Origin: Solirubrobacteraceae bacterium
Lineage (GTDB): Bacteria; Actinomycetota; Thermoleophilia; Solirubrobacterales; Solirubrobacteraceae
Reading direction: 5' to 3'
Length of the DNA: 64,000 nucleotides
Assembly: GCA_035508515.1 (NCBI GenBank)
Contig: DATJMW010000013.1
Span: 45,772 to 109,771 of the forward strand
Within the stretch, counting starts at the first letter, position 1, and every line of letters begins with the position of its first letter. Position numbers and translations under genes: made by a program. A model generated the notes under the pieces. It saw only the letters and a program-made list of their open reading frames with translations. It was not told the DNA's origin and ran no database searches. Shown piece after piece: positions 57,566-64,000 of this stretch.

Positions 57566-57685
57566 GACGGGTGCATGCACCCGTCGGGATCGGGCCGCAT
57601 GCGGCCCGATCTGCCGGCGGCGCATGCGCCGCCGGAGGGGGGCGCACATGTGCGCCCCCCTGCCGGCCCCGCATGCGGGGCCGGC
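57566..57685. repeat. Array of five contiguous perfect palindromes centred on CATG
   Basis: 57566-57585, 57588-57611, 57614-57635, 57636-57661, 57662-57685; each checked base by base. Confidence 0.95.
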
Positions 57686-57744
57686 TTCCTTGAATGAGTG
57701 GTATTTGGCTCTAGAGAGCCAGTTCAGGCATCACCAGAAGGTAC

Positions 57745-57773
57745 TTGCGCATGCAATCACCCCGCGCTATACT
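57745..57773 (+). promoter_or_regulatory. Putative sigma-70 promoter of lon
   Basis: TTGCGC-N17-TATACT, 37 bp upstream of ATG 57811. Confidence 0.65.
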
Positions 57774-57810
57774 AACTACACTTTCGTAAGCTCATATGGA
57801 GCAATAACTG

Positions 57811-60130
<2,320 letters not shown>

Positions 60131-60150
<20 letters not shown>

Positions 60151-60457
60151 CCGCTGCAAGCCCGTCCCCGAGGAGGTCCGCCAGACCGCGGACCTCCTCG
60201 AGCGGCGCTGGCAGCTCTCCATCATCTACGCCGCCCTCTCCGGCGCGCTTCGCTTCAACGAGTTCGCCGAGGCCGTCGCCGGCATCTCCCCCCGGATGCT
60301 CTCCGAGCGCCTGCGCGACCTCGAGGGCGCCGGGCTCGTCGAGCGCACCGTCCTGCCCACCAGCCCTCCCACCGTCGAGTACCGGCTCACCGAGCGGGGG
60401 CGCAAGCTGCGGCCCATCATCGAGGCCATGCGCGCCTACGCGGGTGAGCCCGTCTAA
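60131..60457 (+). CDS. HxlR family winged-helix regulator
   Basis: RWQLSII, RFNEF, ISPRMLSERLRDLE..GLVER, PPTVEYRLT..G. Confidence 0.88.
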
Positions 60458-60467
60458 GTCGCCCGCC

Positions 60468-60495
60468 GGCGAACGGCGAACGGCGAACGGCGGAC
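60468..60495. repeat. 7-bp tandem repeat (GGCGAAC x3 + GGCGGAC)
   Basis: Read directly in the convergent intergenic region. Confidence 0.8.
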
Positions 60496-60525
60496 GGCGC
60501 GGCCCCGTCAGGCTCTTGAGGCCTC

Positions 60526-62508
60526 TCAGCCCGTGATGCCGAACGGCGCGCGGGCCACCGGGCCAACCGCCGTCGCGATCAGCACGTAGCTGCCCGGCAC
60601 CAGCTTCCTGCCAGCCAGACGACCCGAGAAGCGCAGCGCGTTCGCGCCCGCCTTACCCGCGCTCGTGAAGCTCCCCCGTAGAGTCATCCGGCGCGTGCAG
60701 CGCCTGCCGCCGCGTGCGCTCGCCTTGCGTCGCACGCAGGCCTTGCCCTGCATGACTCCCGGCACCAGTCGCTGCACCGTGAACGTCACCGTCGCCGGCC
60801 CCGCCAGCACGTAGCTCACCAGCGCGCCGCCTCGCCCGCCCCGGAGCACGCTCGGCCCCTTCCGCGCCGCGCGGAACGAGCCCGGCGAGAGCTTCAGGTG
60901 CGACACCCCCGCGGGGCGCAGCGGCCGATCGATCACGATCGGCGCCCGCCTCACCACTTCCGCCTGACCCGGAGACGGCGAGGAGACCGCCACGGCCACG
61001 CTCGACTGTCCCGTGATCCCCAGCACGTCCGTCACCGTCAGCGTCGCCGTGTGCGTGCCCGGCGTCGCGAAGGCGTGCGTCGCCTGCGCGCCGCTCGCCG
61101 CGCCACCGTCGTCGAACGACCACGCGTAGGCCACGATCGAGTCGCCCGCTTCCTGCACGCTTGACCCCGCCCCGTCGAACGCCACCGGCGCTCCCGTCTG
61201 CGCCCACGCCGCCGAGGCCGAGGCGCTCGCCAGCGGCGGGCGGCGCTGGTACTCGTAGGCGCCCACGTCCCGCTGCCCACCCGCGATCCGCGGCTGTCCC
61301 GCCGCGTCGAATTCGTATTCCCCCGCCTGCAGCGCGCCCGGCGAGCCCGCCCCCAGCAGCGCCGAGGTCGCCAGCAGGCGCCAGTCGCCGCCCGTCGCCA
61401 CAGGGTTCACGAAGCCCGGCGGCGCCGACAGCAGGTGTTCGTCCGAGATCGTCGCCCCCGTCCCGCCTTTCACCGCCTTTTCCGCTTCGTAGTCCGTGTA
61501 CTTCGTCGTCACCGCGCTCGACGTCCCCGCTTTCGAGTCCGTCGTCACGCTCAGCGGCCGGCCCACGCCCGCGATGATCGAGTTTTCCAGCGTCACGTTC
61601 GCCGCGTGTTTCGCTTCCGCGCTCGCCAGGACGCCGATCGCGCTCGTGTCCCCGTTCACGATCGTCATCTGGCTGAATTTGCCCACCGCGTTCGCCGAGT
61701 TCGCATCCAGGTAGATCCCGTAGCTCGGTTTGCCCCCCAGGTCGATCAGCGTGTCTTCCGCCGTCGGCCCGGAGGAGTAGGACAACAGGCCGTACTGCGT
61801 CGCCGCGATCCGGCAGCCGCGAATCAGCGGAAAGCCGCTGGCCTGGATCCCGTATTCGCCACCTTCCAGCGACGTGTTCGTCAGGATGCCCCCGCCCGCG
61901 GCGCTCACGTCCGTGGTCGCGCTACCAGCCGCCGGCGGCATCGCGATCGAGCCCGTCGTGAACTCACCGCCTTTCAGGTCCAGGCCCGTGCTCGACGTGC
62001 CCGCGTCCTGAGCCGCGATCCGCACCCCTCGCACCGTCCCCGCGCTCATCGACAGGCCCGTTACGTCTTCCGCCGCCGGCGCTTCCACCGTCAGGCCTTC
62101 CAGCGTCGTGCTCGCCACGCTCGTCAGGATCATCGTCGTGCGCGTGCTCACCGCCGCGCGCGCCAGCGTCGTCGACCCCGCGCCCGCGCCGTGGATCGCC
62201 ACCGCGTCCGAGCCGCCGTAGGAGAAGCCTTCCGTGCGCGTGTAGCTGCCCGCGCCGATCGTCACTTCGTCCACCGCGCCGCCCGTGTTCGCGTGTTTTT
62301 CCGCGGCTTCGAACGCTTTCTGGACCGCGTTGCCGTTCGTGCCCTCTTCCGTGCCGCCCGCGACCACGCACGCCGGTTCGTTCACGCAGTAGACCGCCGC
62401 CGAAGACGACGAGGCCAGCGCGAGCATCGGGGCCAACGCAGCGATCGACGCCGCGCACGCAACCGGCGCACGCGGAAGCCCTCGCCACAGCTTCCCCCGA
62501 ACCTGCAT
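60526..62508 (-). CDS. Secreted protein with beta-helix-like region, PKD domain and basic C-terminal module
   Basis: Signal peptide, D-V-G-A-Y-E motif, FDGAGS...YAWSFDDG...HAFATPGTHTATLTVTD (PKD). Confidence 0.75.
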   Translation of the reverse strand: MQVRGKLWRGLPRAPVACAASIAALAPMLALASSSSAAVYCVNEPACVVAGGTEEGTNGNAVQKAFEAAEKHANTGGAVDEVTIGAGSYTRTEGFSYGGSDAVAIHGAGAGSTTLARAAVSTRTTMILTSVASTTLEGLTVEAPAAEDVTGLSMSAGTVRGVRIAAQDAGTSSTGLDLKGGEFTTGSIAMPPAAGSATTDVSAAGGGILTNTSLEGGEYGIQASGFPLIRGCRIAATQYGLLSYSSGPTAEDTLIDLGGKPSYGIYLDANSANAVGKFSQMTIVNGDTSAIGVLASAEAKHAANVTLENSIIAGVGRPLSVTTDSKAGTSSAVTTKYTDYEAEKAVKGGTGATISDEHLLSAPPGFVNPVATGGDWRLLATSALLGAGSPGALQAGEYEFDAAGQPRIAGGQRDVGAYEYQRRPPLASASASAAWAQTGAPVAFDGAGSSVQEAGDSIVAYAWSFDDGGAASGAQATHAFATPGTHTATLTVTDVLGITGQSSVAVAVSSPSPGQAEVVRRAPIVIDRPLRPAGVSHLKLSPGSFRAARKGPSVLRGGRGGALVSYVLAGPATVTFTVQRLVPGVMQGKACVRRKASARGGRRCTRRMTLRGSFTSAGKAGANALRFSGRLAGRKLVPGSYVLIATAVGPVARAPFGITG

Positions 62509-62546
62509 CGAGGATCATTCAAGCAGGGGGTTGCGACGGTTCGCTC

Positions 62547-64000
62547 TTACGCCCGCGAGCCCAGCGGCTCTGCCGCCGGCTCCAGGCCGCCCCGCCCCTC
62601 CCCCGGCGGACAGAGCTCCGAGCTCGCGCCCACCAGCTGCCCGCCCGGGCAGTTCTTCGCATGGAACTCCTCCTGCTGCTTCTGCGGGTTGCGAATCCCC
62701 ACCGCGCCCACCAGCCCCCCAAGCGCCACCAGCGCCGCCGCGATCCCAAGGCCCACGTGGAAGCTGTGCAGCGAGGCCGCTTCCGCCGCCGCCCTCACCG
62801 TCCGCGCCTGCCCCGCCGGCATCCCGTGCAGGCTCGGCAGCCCCAGCGGCAGTCGCTTCGCTTCCGCCACCGCCGCCCTCGCCGCCCCGCCCAGCGCCAC
62901 TCCCGCCAGGCGCTCATTCATCGAGGAAGCGAACGACGACGCCACCGCCGCCCCCACCGCCGCCGTCCCCAGCAGCCCCGCCACGCGCGCCACCGCGTTG
63001 TTCACCCCCGAGGCGATCCCCGCCTCGCGCTCCGAGCCCGCCAGCACCGCCGCCGTCAGTGGCGCCACCGTCATCGACAGGCCCAGCGCGAAGAGCAACA
63101 GCGGCGGCAGCACTTCCGAGAGGTAGTCCGCCTTCGTGCCCGTCATCTGGAACAGCAGCAGCCCCCCCGACCCCAGCAGCGGGCCCGCACCCATGAAGAA
63201 ACGCGGGCCGTAGCGATCCGCCAGACCGCCGAAGCGCCGCGACAGGAAGAACATCACCACCGTCACCGGCAACGTCGCCAGGCCGCTCTTCAGCGGGCTG
63301 TAGCCGCCGATCTGCTGGAGGAACAGCACCAGGAAGAAGAACACGATCGACAGGCCCGCGTACATCGCCAGCGTCTCCACGTTCCCCGCCGAGAAGTTGC
63401 GCCTGCCGAACAGCACCAGCGGCAGCATCGGGTCCTTCGCCCGCGACTCGTACAGCAGGAACAGCCCCAGCAGCACGAAGCCCGCCACCAGCGGCAGGTA
63501 CACAGCCGCGCTCGACCAGCCCAGCCGCGGCTGCTCGATCAGCGCGAACACCGGGCCGCCCAGGCCCAGCGCGCACAGCAGCGCCCCGAGGTAGTCCACG
63601 CGCCGCGCGCCGTCCCCCCGCGGCGGCAACGGTGGGATCGCCGCCAGGATCAGCCACACGCACGCCGCCGCCAGCGGCACGTTGATCACGAAGATCCAGC
63701 GCCACGACGCCAGCGCCAGCAGCTCGCCACCCGCCAGCGGGCCCAGCACCCCCGCGATCGCCCCCCAGGCCGTCCACGTGCCGATCGCCCCGCCGCGCTC
63801 CTGCGCCGGGAACGTGTTCACGATCACCGCCAGCGAGCTCGGCACCAGCAGCGCACCCGCGACCCCCTGTAGCCCCCGCGCCGCCACCAGCACGCCGATC
63901 GAAGGCGACAGCGCGCACGCCAGCGAGGCCACCCCGAAGCCCGAAACGCCGATCGCGAACACCTTCCGCTCGCCGTAGAGGTCGCCCAGCGAGCCTCCCA
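62547..64000 (-). CDS. MFS transporter, DHA2 (EmrB/QacA-like); 5' end beyond the window
   Basis: GSLGDLYGERKVF, RGGAIGTW, SWRWIFVINVPL, DPMLPL, GIASGVNN. Confidence 0.9.
   Translation of the reverse strand, partial: GGSLGDLYGERKVFAIGVSGFGVASLACALSPSIGVLVAARGLQGVAGALLVPSSLAVIVNTFPAQERGGAIGTWTAWGAIAGVLGPLAGGELLALASWRWIFVINVPLAAACVWLILAAIPPLPPRGDGARRVDYLGALLCALGLGGPVFALIEQPRLGWSSAAVYLPLVAGFVLLGLFLLYESRAKDPMLPLVLFGRRNFSAGNVETLAMYAGLSIVFFFLVLFLQQIGGYSPLKSGLATLPVTVVMFFLSRRFGGLADRYGPRFFMGAGPLLGSGGLLLFQMTGTKADYLSEVLPPLLLFALGLSMTVAPLTAAVLAGSEREAGIASGVNNAVARVAGLLGTAAVGAAVASSFASSMNERLAGVALGGAARAAVAEAKRLPLGLPSLHGMPAGQARTVRAAAEAASLHSFHVGLGIAAALVALGGLVGAVGIRNPQKQQEEFHAKNCPGGQLVGASSELCPPGEGRGGLEPAAEPLGSRA

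Noticed and set aside
57468-57674. N-terminal extension of ORF 57030..57674 through the palindrome array
   Set aside because: The extension is low-complexity and non-protein-like, and a good RBS precedes ATG 57467.
57566-57685. CRISPR array interpretation of the palindrome cluster
   Set aside because: There are no identical direct repeats, no spacers and no cas genes in the window.
57686-57745. HspR (HAIR) or HrcA (CIRCE) operator upstream of lon
   Set aside because: CTTGAAT and TGGCTCT-AG-AGAGCCA are present, but neither CTTGAGT-N7-ACTCAAG nor TTAGCACTC-N9-GAGTGCTAA spacing is matched.

Overview
High-GC (about 70-75%) bacterial chromosome segment. Gene content and the CGAAC-N4-GTTCG SOS box suggest an actinobacterium, probably Thermoleophilia/Solirubrobacterales-like (inference). 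1-44.9 kb is mostly housekeeping: uvrA, uvrB, coaE, rpsA, polA, malic enzyme, folP, glpD, pntAAB, a cobalamin adenosyltransferase, clpP, two tandem APC+USP permeases and an atypical Rho. It also holds a cobalamin-riboswitch-controlled ECF uptake operon whose parts look like a split transcobalamin (alpha/alpha barrel fused to the S component, plus separate DUF4430 beta-domain proteins). 45.3-54.8 kb is a co-oriented Gram-positive (ICEBs1/Tcp-type) mating-pair-formation module headed by its own ECF-like sigma factor, with no relaxase, coupling protein or integrase in the window. 56.8-57.8 kb is a low-GC islet with a 3-TM protein, a 57-aa small ORF and an array of five back-to-back perfect palindromes, each with a different sequence but all centred on CATG at 24/25-bp spacing, just upstream of the lon promoter. 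No rRNA, tRNA, CRISPR array, IS or integrase was recognised. All product calls come from motif recognition by eye; no database search was run.
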